A model generated the notes under the pieces. It searched no databases. It was not told the DNA's origin and saw nothing but the letters and a program-made list of their open reading frames with translations. Of a DNA stretch of 64,000 bases, positions 18,251 through 26,811 are shown one piece after another; the first letter of the stretch is position 1, and each line of letters opens with the position of its first letter. Made by a program: the position numbers and the translations under genes. Source of the stretch: a virus (Duplodnaviria > Heunggongvirae > Uroviricota > Caudoviricetes); IMG/VR virus record IMGVR_UViG_2974578326_000001, positions 26,711 to 90,710 of that record; one strand, written 5' to 3'.

Positions 18251-18619
18251 TTATTTTTTCTTAGGTTTAGAAGTTGGTAATCTCTCACGTTTTTTCTTAT
18301 TAGCTTTACGAGCTCCAGAAGCTTTTCCTTTTGAAGATCCTATTTTACCACCATGAGACATGTTTTTACTGGCATCAATAGTTCTTAAATTAGAAAGTTT
18401 ATTCTGAGACTCACTAATAGAAGTTTTCAATGGTTTTTTGTGGTCAACATGAACTGATGTTGGAAGTTTACGACCTATAGACTTCTCTACTGCTCTTCGG
18501 GCTCGATGTCTCATAGCATCTTTAGATTTCTTACCAACTGAAGTCTCACCACGTTTAATAGCGGTTAAACGCTCTTGTTGATAGTTTCTAACCTAAACAT
18601 AGCCTGGTGAACTCGGCAT
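18251..18619 (-). pseudogene. HNH endonuclease-like ORF with in-frame TAG after codon 8 (MPSSPGYV-stop-120 aa)
   Basis: ATG at 18619 encodes the same octapeptide as the neighbouring HNH gene; TAG at 18593-18595 in frame; downstream frame has HVDHKKP..N..N HNH motif. Confidence 0.4.
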
Positions 18620-18628
18620 ATGACCTCC

Positions 18629-19207
18629 TTAGCCTTTTAGGCAGTTAACGATTGATCTACACCATTCATACAGTTCACTCATAGTCAGTGTTGTTTTCAT
18701 CACGTTAGTGACGGCACAGACTAGCTGTATGTTACCTTCTTCATACGGTTTAGATGAATCAATCCTGTCAATTGATAAATTAGTATGTACTTTATCGCTT
18801 TTTGGTATTTTGATGAAAGTCATCTCTTTACCACTTAAAGCACATAGACCTTTTTGAGAGTCATATAGACTGAGTATGTACTCTAATGTTAAGTTCTCTC
18901 TTTCTTTCTTTTTTAATAGTAAAGAAATGTAAGCCTCTTTATTACCATTAAGATATTTATATGATCTCTCAACTTGAGCTAAAGAGTGGCAATGTTGATC
19001 ACCGCACATCCTCTGAGTATTTGATTGTTTCGGAACTGTTTTATTACAATAAGGACAAGTCACTGTATCTTTTCTATTTGCCCTGACGAATTTAGCACCA
19101 CAGCTTCTACTACAAAATCTTGTAACCTTCTTTTTGGATTGGAAATCAGATCCACAGTACTCACAGGTTTTGTTATGTAATCTGACATAACCTGGACTAC
19201 TAGGCAT
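18629..19207 (-). CDS. HNH homing endonuclease
   Basis: 192 aa; N-terminal Cys pairs, C-terminal GLCALSG..SIDRIDSSKPYEEGNIQLVC..N His-Me finger motif. Confidence 0.6.
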   Translation of the reverse strand: MPSSPGYVRLHNKTCEYCGSDFQSKKKVTRFCSRSCGAKFVRANRKDTVTCPYCNKTVPKQSNTQRMCGDQHCHSLAQVERSYKYLNGNKEAYISLLLKKKERENLTLEYILSLYDSQKGLCALSGKEMTFIKIPKSDKVHTNLSIDRIDSSKPYEEGNIQLVCAVTNVMKTTLTMSELYEWCRSIVNCLKG

Positions 19208-19535
19208 CTTTACCTCCTAACCCTCTTAGGGTGTCCCTGTGAGACCTATAAGCTATATACTCTCTAGCTACTGGAAAAAGATTATTCTCCATCAGAGTAT
19301 ATTCTACAACTTCATGCATTTCAGGAATTGTTATTGATTCATCATGAATAACTTTATCCTGAACTTGTAAAGATACTTGCAGTGCTTGGTCAAAATCAGA
19401 CTTTCCTATTTTCTCTTGTGCAGATAGAATAGCATTTACTATTTTGTTGATATCAAAAGGTTGATTACTTCCATCTCTTTTAATTACTACAACCATCTTG
19501 ATCTCCTTAGATACTAGATCTAACAAAATATGCAT
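19200..19535 (-). CDS. stand-alone ATP-cone domain protein (NrdD N-terminus-like)
   Basis: VIKRDGSNQPFDINKI and AREYIAYRSHRD match the ATP-cone of E. coli NrdD; 111 aa, no catalytic domain. Confidence 0.65.
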   Translation of the reverse strand: MHILLDLVSKEIKMVVVIKRDGSNQPFDINKIVNAILSAQEKIGKSDFDQALQVSLQVQDKVIHDESITIPEMHEVVEYTLMENNLFPVAREYIAYRSHRDTLRGLGGKDA

Positions 19536-19971
19536 ATTTACTTAGTTCAGCACAACAGTTTTCTAACAAACTTTTTGTTATAGGATCTGTTTCATCTGAA
19601 TTCAAATAGGCAATAGTTCTTTCACAAATTGCCTCAAGAGAGTTTAACAAATCTTGTTTCATCTCACCAGCAGATGAATCATGTTTACCCTCTGCAAACC
19701 AAGAATCTTCAATGTATTTGCTTGCCCTTCCGTCAACACACATTTGTAAAGCTCGCATACGTTCAGCGATTTCATCGGAACATCGAATTGCTTGTTTCTG
19801 CAAATCATCAAACATTTCATGTAAACCAGGGAATTCAGGCCCAGTTACATTCCAGTGATAATTTTTAGATTTGACATGCAGTAGTGTACAATTACCAACA
19901 AACTCTTGAAGGAAGTTTGAATTGGATTCACGTCTTAGTGATGGTCTTGAACGAATCATATCTCTAGCCAT
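19507..19971 (-). CDS. Dps-family ferritin-like protein
   Basis: 154 aa; ferroxidase-centre signature HWNVTGPEFPGLHEMFDD..AERMRALQ. Confidence 0.7.
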   Translation of the reverse strand: MARDMIRSRPSLRRESNSNFLQEFVGNCTLLHVKSKNYHWNVTGPEFPGLHEMFDDLQKQAIRCSDEIAERMRALQMCVDGRASKYIEDSWFAEGKHDSSAGEMKQDLLNSLEAICERTIAYLNSDETDPITKSLLENCCAELSKYAYFVRSSI

Positions 19972-20255
19972 TATTTAATCTCCTTATTTCTAGTTGCCTC
20001 TAAATCCATGTTAACACCAACATTTCCCTCAATGTTAGCCCTAATCTGATCTGTAATAACAATCATATTAGTGGGTTTTGCTAGTGTTGTTCGATTTTCA
20101 TCAATAACATTAATTCTGACTTTCATAGGAGTTGAGTCAATGACAGATCCAATCTTCATTTTCTGATTATACTTACCATTACTCCAAACTACATAATCAC
20201 CATATTTTAGGACACGATTTAACATGTCCCTGTGTAAATAACCTAAAAGTGCCAT
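19971..20255 (-). CDS. hypothetical protein
   Basis: 94-aa ORF. Confidence 0.35.
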   Translation of the reverse strand: MALLGYLHRDMLNRVLKYGDYVVWSNGKYNQKMKIGSVIDSTPMKVRINVIDENRTTLAKPTNMIVITDQIRANIEGNVGVNMDLEATRNKEIK

Positions 20256-20271
20256 CCTTGGCCTCCTTATC

Positions 20272-20529
20272 TTACAAACCTACAAATTTGGATAATTCAT
20301 CCCTTGTCATAACACCAGATTTCATACCCTTAGCTAGTCCATCAACTGTAAAGATAAATGTTGGTACTGCCCTGATACCTAACTCACTAGCTTTCTTTAA
20401 CCCTTCATCAGAGTCAATTGCTACCTCTTCTAATTTGATATCTGTACCCTCAAGTACATCTTCAACAACAGGAGCCATAGCTTTGCAAGGAGAACAATTG
20501 GTGCTGTAAAATTTAATAAGTTTTTTCAA
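20272..20529 (-). CDS. thioredoxin
   Basis: 85 aa; active site CSPC, cis-Pro motif AVPTFIF. Confidence 0.8.
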   Translation of the reverse strand: MKKLIKFYSTNCSPCKAMAPVVEDVLEGTDIKLEEVAIDSDEGLKKASELGIRAVPTFIFTVDGLAKGMKSGVMTRDELSKFVGL

Positions 20530-20540
20530 AATTATACCCT

Positions 20541-20575
20541 CAATAAAACCCCCGAAGGGGTAATTTTTAAATTAA
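20541..20575 (-). terminator. hairpin with UUCG-type tetraloop between dcd and thioredoxin (terminator/attenuator)
   Basis: ACCCC-CGAA-GGGGT stem-loop (20548-20561) with T-runs on both sides. Confidence 0.45.
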
Positions 20576-21181
20576 TTCAGTAGTGTGACCAGTGCCTGTG
20601 AAAGCTTTAGTAGCACCTTTTTGCCCATTGTAGTTACCCTTAACTGCATAACTATCTTTATCATCTACAGGCTCATGCTCAAAGAATACCATTTGTCCAA
20701 TTCTCATATTTGGTTTTAATAGTAAACGATGGTATTTTAATTCATTTTTAAATTCCATGGTAAGTTGTGCTCCGTGCCAACCAGCATCACACCAACCTGC
20801 CAGCATATGTTGTAAACCACAACGAGCCACAGAAGATCGTAACTTAAACTCACATGAAATATTATTTGGTAAATTGAAAGTCTCAATAGTGTGTGCTAAG
20901 AAGAAATCACCTGGGTGAATAATTAAACCCTCTTCTGGAATCTCAACTTCTTTGAATTCTGGGGATTTTTTATTATCCATATCAATTGGATCTAATCGAA
21001 TTGAATCTTTGTATAGAGTCATACCAGTAGTGGTAACAGCTTCAATAACTTCTGGTGATTCAATTAAAATCTTATTACCAATTCTGATATCTAAAGATGA
21101 ACTATTTACGTTTTCGTGTAAACCATCAATTACACCATCATCAATTAGTTTATGTATTTGTTTTGAAGATAATAATGACAT
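20567..21181 (-). CDS. dcd: dCTP deaminase / dUTPase-fold enzyme
   Basis: 204 aa; AGWCDAGWHGAQLTMEFKN matches Dcd catalytic motif. Confidence 0.7.
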   Translation of the reverse strand: MSLLSSKQIHKLIDDGVIDGLHENVNSSSLDIRIGNKILIESPEVIEAVTTTGMTLYKDSIRLDPIDMDNKKSPEFKEVEIPEEGLIIHPGDFFLAHTIETFNLPNNISCEFKLRSSVARCGLQHMLAGWCDAGWHGAQLTMEFKNELKYHRLLLKPNMRIGQMVFFEHEPVDDKDSYAVKGNYNGQKGATKAFTGTGHTTELI

Positions 21182-21250
21182 TAAAAATTCCTTTATAGTA
21201 ATGTTGACATAATATATTAGTGTTAATAATAGGATACCCTTACAGATATC

Positions 21251-21769
21251 CTACTTAAACATATCTTCGATCATCTGATAATCGAAAATACTTCTAGGTG
21301 GATCTTTTGGATCGAAACCTGCTAATTCACAAAGATGTAAATATAACCTCTCAGTTACCTCAACATCTCGTTCACAATAAACAAACATTTCTTCGTCAAA
21401 CACTTCCCATTGCTCTGGGTTATCTTTGCCGTACTCCATTTTATTAATACCCAGAACCTTCCCCCAAGAATCGAGGGAGTGTCCTTGGATTCTATCAGGC
21501 TCTAACATCCTAGATAGAACTAGGGTATCAAAAATTGGAGGTGGATTAAAACTTGGATTCAGTTTCTTTATTGCAGAGAAGTCATAATCGATACCATTAT
21601 GTAAAACTGCCAAATCATAATTTGACAAATCGTCACAGTAGTCAGAGAATTGGTCAGGTCTATAACCTTTCCTCTCCCCTGAAAGTGGATCAATAATCCA
21701 AGCGCAATGAAACTTATCAACCGTATTGAACAATCCGTTTGCTTCAATATCAGTCACAGCAATTCTCAT
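21251..21769 (-). CDS. 3'-5' proofreading exonuclease (DnaQ/DEDD), equivalent to the N-terminal domain of T7 gp5
   Basis: IAVTDIEANGLFNTVDKFHC nearly identical in pattern to the T7 gp5 N-terminus; Exo II/III motifs LHNGIDYD, YCERDVEV. Confidence 0.8.
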   Translation of the reverse strand: MRIAVTDIEANGLFNTVDKFHCAWIIDPLSGERKGYRPDQFSDYCDDLSNYDLAVLHNGIDYDFSAIKKLNPSFNPPPIFDTLVLSRMLEPDRIQGHSLDSWGKVLGINKMEYGKDNPEQWEVFDEEMFVYCERDVEVTERLYLHLCELAGFDPKDPPRSIFDYQMIEDMFK

Positions 21770-21778
21770 ACATACTCC

Positions 21779-23590
21779 TTAGAAAGGTTTTGATGAAGGA
21801 TCACCATCAGGTGAGTAACCACTATCACTCTCTGATTCATATCCAGGTAGTTCAAATGGATGCTCTGGGTCGTACTCATCGTCAGTTCGTTGTCTTAATC
21901 TTCCAGTAACAGGGTTATATATAGTTGGTATAACACCTGTTTGACCAAAGTTACGCTCTTTCAATAGCCTGATTTGTGATAAGTTTTTACAATCACCTTC
22001 ACCTTGCTTATTTCTCTCAAAACCAAGAATAACTTGAGAGAATCTCATAAGAGCACGAGATCCAGTAAATTGAACCTCTTGAACCTGACCGCCTTCTTCA
22101 TGTGGAGCACCACCTTTTGGTGGATTTAAATGACTGAAAACATAAGCTGTGAAGTTTAATTCATTACACATTCCAGATAATTCAACACCAATTCTAGCGA
22201 CCTCTGTATTAATCTCAGTGGCTGTTAGATGAGAGACTAATGCTGTGATATTATCTAAGAAAATAAATTTAACACCGTGCTCTACAACCCAGAACCTGAT
22301 ACATCTCTTAATATCTTCCCAGTCGTTTTGACCATAATTTCGATATAAGAAAAGATTTCCATCATATTTCAAGATTTCAGATTTTAATAAATCAGGATCA
22401 AATTCAACGTCTGGTCTATGGAAAGGCACATTAGCAGATTTACCAGCAATATTTTTTAATGTATTGCCAGTAGTTTCTTCTAACATAAACACACCAACTT
22501 TCTGGTGATATTTATTAATCAACCAAGCAGTTAATTCATGTGCTAATAGTGTCTTACCACCACCCACTCCACCACCAACTGCAATCATCTCTCCATATCT
22601 AATACCATAGGTGAGCTCTGTTAACCCCTTCCAAGGGTAATCCATACCCCATTCAGGCTTCTTCAGAGCATCCTCTAGACATTCAGAGACTGTAGCAGAA
22701 CCAGCTGGAGATTCTTTGGCTGCATTGAATCTTAAGAGATTATTAAGTTCAACACCACGACCCTCCATTAACATATCGTTTGCATCTTTCATAGGACTGC
22801 CATCTTTCTTTTTACCTTTCGGTATTCTAGCAATCTTAATTCCTGGATACATTGCACGAGCTGCTGTTACTGCCTCTTCTCCTGCTTCATCATTATCCAT
22901 ACAGATAACAATTTCATCAAAAGAGTCTAAATATTTCCTACGTCTTGAAAAAGTTGTAGCAATAGATTTTGAACCATTAGGAAGAGCTACACAAGCTGGT
23001 TTGTATGTTGTTTTACCACTACTAACCAATACTTGAAAACCAGACATAGCAGATAACTCATCTTCAAAGATGAATAATTTACGACTGTATACATCACCTA
23101 ATATTGATTGGCTTTCGCCAAAGAAATCACACTCTCTACCATTTCCTATAGAGTAGAAATCTTTTGGATCTAAGTTCCTAATCTTGTATGCAGTGATTAC
23201 ACCGTCTTTTTCTTTAGGGTAAAAATGAGAGATTACCTCTCTGTTTGTTGCTGATAAGCCAACTCTAACCCCATATCGTTCCGCTACAGATTTATTAATA
23301 CCCCTAGAGGTCAGTTCCATTATCGGAAGCTCCTCTACCTCTGAAAGAACCTCTTTGAGTTCTTCAGGGGATAATTCAACCTGGACTTTTCTAATTTTCT
23401 CGAACTCTTCTTTATTTGATTCGGTGATCTCTTCATAGTGACCACATCTGTTACATGTTGCCCACTCCTCACCATTATCTTCATTTCTCATATGAATCAA
23501 ATGGTTGCCTGTCTTATCGTGACCCCTAGAACGGCAAGTAGGACAGGCACTATCACCTAAAATTATTTTATTTCCGTATGGTTTTGACAT
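21779..23590 (-). CDS. bifunctional primase-helicase (T7 gp4-like)
   Basis: N-terminal zinc ribbon CPTC..CNRC, TOPRIM, DnaB-like helicase with Walker A GGGVGGGKT, acidic C-terminal tail ending F. Confidence 0.85.
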   Translation of the reverse strand: MSKPYGNKIILGDSACPTCRSRGHDKTGNHLIHMRNEDNGEEWATCNRCGHYEEITESNKEEFEKIRKVQVELSPEELKEVLSEVEELPIMELTSRGINKSVAERYGVRVGLSATNREVISHFYPKEKDGVITAYKIRNLDPKDFYSIGNGRECDFFGESQSILGDVYSRKLFIFEDELSAMSGFQVLVSSGKTTYKPACVALPNGSKSIATTFSRRRKYLDSFDEIVICMDNDEAGEEAVTAARAMYPGIKIARIPKGKKKDGSPMKDANDMLMEGRGVELNNLLRFNAAKESPAGSATVSECLEDALKKPEWGMDYPWKGLTELTYGIRYGEMIAVGGGVGGGKTLLAHELTAWLINKYHQKVGVFMLEETTGNTLKNIAGKSANVPFHRPDVEFDPDLLKSEILKYDGNLFLYRNYGQNDWEDIKRCIRFWVVEHGVKFIFLDNITALVSHLTATEINTEVARIGVELSGMCNELNFTAYVFSHLNPPKGGAPHEEGGQVQEVQFTGSRALMRFSQVILGFERNKQGEGDCKNLSQIRLLKERNFGQTGVIPTIYNPVTGRLRQRTDDEYDPEHPFELPGYESESDSGYSPDGDPSSKPF

Positions 23591-23611
23591 TATTTCTTCC
23601 CTGAGATTTAA

Positions 23612-23977
23612 TTAGAGGGTGAAAGGCACCCCGCCACCTGTATAAACTTCTTCTTCTTCGATATCAAAATCCAAGTCTAATCCTAAGTCTTTGGTATATT
23701 GGTATCTATTGATTATTTCTTGAGCTTCTTCTTTAGTGTCGAAGAGTCCAGATTTTGATCTAACTCCGCCTAAAATAAATACTGGAGAATATTTGATTAA
23801 AAGTTCTATTTTTGATAGATTGTCTTCCTTGATCCGAAGTGGTGGAGCTCCGTCCAGCCATGACACTAAAACTAAACCTTTCTTGTCAAGTGTTTTTAAT
23901 ACAACACCCCTCGTACAATAACTTAGTAGATTATTATTTGAAACAACTACTGAATCACCAGTTTTAAATAAAGACAT
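23612..23977 (-). CDS. hypothetical protein
   Basis: 121-aa ORF. Confidence 0.4.
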   Translation of the reverse strand: MSLFKTGDSVVVSNNNLLSYCTRGVVLKTLDKKGLVLVSWLDGAPPLRIKEDNLSKIELLIKYSPVFILGGVRSKSGLFDTKEEAQEIINRYQYTKDLGLDLDFDIEEEEVYTGGGVPFTL

Positions 23978-24007
23978 TTCTCACCCTCTGTATTATATTC
24001 TCAGTTA

Positions 24008-24454
24008 TTACTTACGTTTGTACTCAACCCAATCACCAGACTCTACAAGAGTAGGTTGCTCTTCATCAATATGGTAGATCCAAGCATCTAATATATCACC
24101 ATTATCTAATTTAATTTCAACAATTGATCGATTGTAGAAATTCTGTGGACTATCTTTCTCATAGAAGCCTTCCAATGCATCATAAGCACCTTCCATTCCA
24201 CTTATAGGTGCTTCAAATACATCAACAACAACTTGTTTATCATTGTCATTATGAACTAAAGACACGCTAGGAAAATAAGAGCTTGCATAAGCATATAAAT
24301 TAAAATTATCTACTGTTCGACCAGTTCCAATATGAACTCCTTCACCTCTTGCATTTACTCGGAAATTTTCCATTCCTAATCGAAGAGATCCATAAGTTGC
24401 GATAAAAGTGTTACCTTCTTTTGGAGCTAGTTTTTTAATATCTTTAGACATCAT
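24008..24454 (-). CDS. gamma-glutamyl cyclotransferase-like (AIG2/GGCT fold) protein
   Basis: FIATYGSLRLGMENF matches the YGSL..G..N signature of the AIG2/GGCT family. Confidence 0.45.
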   Translation of the reverse strand: MMSKDIKKLAPKEGNTFIATYGSLRLGMENFRVNARGEGVHIGTGRTVDNFNLYAYASSYFPSVSLVHNDNDKQVVVDVFEAPISGMEGAYDALEGFYEKDSPQNFYNRSIVEIKLDNGDILDAWIYHIDEEQPTLVESGDWVEYKRK

Positions 24455-24466
24455 TATACCTTATTT

Positions 24467-25039
24467 TTAAAAATCGTAATTGAAAAAACTGTGTTTATCT
24501 TTTAGTTTTGTTAATAATTTATTAAAACTATCTTCATTCAAAACTAATCTGTTTGAGTCTGGTGGAGAATATGAGCAATCTAATATTCCTTCACTTGGAG
24601 GAGAAATAACTCTGTCACCTATCACTCTTCTATCTTGTGTATATAAACCAGAGTCATATACCCTAATAGGTCTTCTATGGTGACTATTTACAAACTCCAT
24701 ATGATCTTCCATATATCTCCTAATATGATGACCATGTGATCCAACAAAATCAGCTTTTACTGAGTAATAGGTTCCATCATCCTTTATATTAGAACCAAAT
24801 ATATGTGTCACATCAGTTTTTGATTTATTATCAAATATAGTCACACATGGTTTTAATGATTGTAAAATCAATTCTTTAGAAACTGGGTATATATCCACCA
24901 TCTCTTTATAACAAGATATGAAAGAAAGTTGACTACCTAGAGCACTTATCACAAGATCATAATATAATGTTTCAAGCCTTTGCATATCCAAGTTATCCAC
25001 CCAAACATGCTTACCATCTATACTTCTTATTTGGTACAT
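24467..25039 (-). CDS. hypothetical protein (His-rich motif GSHGHH)
   Basis: 190-aa ORF. Confidence 0.35.
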   Translation of the reverse strand: MYQIRSIDGKHVWVDNLDMQRLETLYYDLVISALGSQLSFISCYKEMVDIYPVSKELILQSLKPCVTIFDNKSKTDVTHIFGSNIKDDGTYYSVKADFVGSHGHHIRRYMEDHMEFVNSHHRRPIRVYDSGLYTQDRRVIGDRVISPPSEGILDCSYSPPDSNRLVLNEDSFNKLLTKLKDKHSFFNYDF

Positions 25040-25072
25040 TCAAACTCCTGATGATATATAAGATTCTTATTT

Positions 25073-25609
25073 TCAACGTATAAAGTTAAAATCAGATAAT
25101 CTTTTATCATTATATATCATATCTAATATTTTATTTAACAGATCCTCTGATACTAGTCCGACTCTTGTGTTTATACTGAAACCAGCATTTCGGTATTCTA
25201 CAACACCTCTACCTTCAGCATATAATTTTTTATAAAAATCTTCATATGTTTTATCTTTTTTAAAACTAACGATTGTATCAGCTAGGAATTCTGTCCCTTC
25301 TTCATCTGTTACATATACATTCTCACATGTACAATGTTCTAGTGTTACTGAGTTTATATGATTACTAGATAATTTAACACTTTTACCATCCACAATCTCA
25401 CAAATTTCTCTGAATTTTATTACGGAATCCAGGCAGAGAAGGGTTAGGTATCTTTTTGATATTTCTAGTTCCTTCATACCCATGAACATTTGTTTTATCG
25501 TAAGAGACATATTTTCTACTGTCTCTTTAACTATGAAATCTATAGCTTTTTCTAAACTATCTGTTTCATACTTTATCAATCCCATAGTAGAGTGTTTAAC
25601 CAAGAACAT
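25073..25609 (-). CDS. hypothetical protein, paralog family member A
   Basis: N- and C-terminal similarity to 25626-26189 and 26191-26748. Confidence 0.45.
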   Translation of the reverse strand: MFLVKHSTMGLIKYETDSLEKAIDFIVKETVENMSLTIKQMFMGMKELEISKRYLTLLCLDSVIKFREICEIVDGKSVKLSSNHINSVTLEHCTCENVYVTDEEGTEFLADTIVSFKKDKTYEDFYKKLYAEGRGVVEYRNAGFSINTRVGLVSEDLLNKILDMIYNDKRLSDFNFIR

Positions 25610-25625
25610 ATTATCTCCAAATTAC

Positions 25626-26189
25626 TTAGTTGTTTTCAGGGGTATTGAAATCTCTTCCTTCTATAATCATACCTTTTGTTCTCTTATGATTATAAATTCC
25701 ATCAAGTATTTTTTTGAACTGATCTTCGCTATATAGAACCATAACGCCTCCAGTTCCTCCAGATCTTTGTGAAATTTCCTCATATTCAATACTTTCAACT
25801 TCAAAATCAACCTGTCTTTTGAATAAAGATTCTTGAGTAGGGTTTATATAATATGATGGAATTCTTCCAAAATCAACCCTTTCTCCTGATTTTTTAATCA
25901 TATATATACTTTTGTATAAGTGAGATTGAAAATACAGAACATTTATAATATTTTTTGTTATATCAACATCATTAAAATATATTTTTCTAAATTTAGTTTT
26001 TGCATCCATAAGAACCCGAACTATATACTTCTTGCAAATATGGATATCTAATTTATTTACAGAGAAAGCAGAGCTTAGAGCAGATGTGACACACTCTATA
26101 GCTTCATTTATTATAAAATTTTCTATTTCTTCTAATGATTCAGATTTATATTTCTCTGTTCCGAATAAGGAATGAGTTATTCTATACAT
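25626..26189 (-). CDS. hypothetical protein, paralog family member B
   Basis: KYKSESLEEIENFIINE / EDQFKKILDGIYNHKR aligned with neighbours. Confidence 0.45.
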   Translation of the reverse strand: MYRITHSLFGTEKYKSESLEEIENFIINEAIECVTSALSSAFSVNKLDIHICKKYIVRVLMDAKTKFRKIYFNDVDITKNIINVLYFQSHLYKSIYMIKKSGERVDFGRIPSYYINPTQESLFKRQVDFEVESIEYEEISQRSGGTGGVMVLYSEDQFKKILDGIYNHKRTKGMIIEGRDFNTPENN

Positions 26190-26190
26190 A

Positions 26191-26748
26191 TCATCCTCTA
26201 TTATTTATATTTTCATAAATTTCACTACTTTTAATAAATCCAAGTAGTTTATTTAGAGTCTTTTGATTTGGTATGCTTACTCTCAAGTCTGCGTTTCCAT
26301 TTACACCTGACACTGAAACATCTTCCACTCCTTTGAAAGAAGGAAACCTTTCTTCATGTATAGCTTTTACTCTCTCTATGAAGTTTGAATCTATAAAGCA
26401 CTCATGCCAGTTACCATAATCCATAACAGATCCATCTTTAAAGATAACACTCACTTTTCTATATGGCATATTTTTCATAGTAATGTTTTTAGAATAATCA
26501 TCTGTTAGATCTATTAAAACACCTTTGTCATCTTTTTCTATGATAAACCTATTACACATTTTAGATCTGATTATTAATTTTAATAAATGTTCATCTGTTA
26601 CTTTTAATTTAAGAAACCTATAGGCGTATGTTAGGCTTTCTAATACACCTGTACAAATATCCTTTATAAATTCTTCTTCAACTTTTTCTAAATTCTCATC
26701 ACTAAAAATATGTGTAATTGAGCTCTTATTATACATCAACATGTACAT
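26191..26748 (-). CDS. hypothetical protein, paralog family member C
   Basis: similar termini to the two downstream ORFs. Confidence 0.4.
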   Translation of the reverse strand: MYMLMYNKSSITHIFSDENLEKVEEEFIKDICTGVLESLTYAYRFLKLKVTDEHLLKLIIRSKMCNRFIIEKDDKGVLIDLTDDYSKNITMKNMPYRKVSVIFKDGSVMDYGNWHECFIDSNFIERVKAIHEERFPSFKGVEDVSVSGVNGNADLRVSIPNQKTLNKLLGFIKSSEIYENINNRG

Positions 26749-26811
26749 TTAATATTCCTCTATTTGATATGTTTATAATATAAAATAGCCCCCGTTAGGA
26801 GGCTCGGAAAA

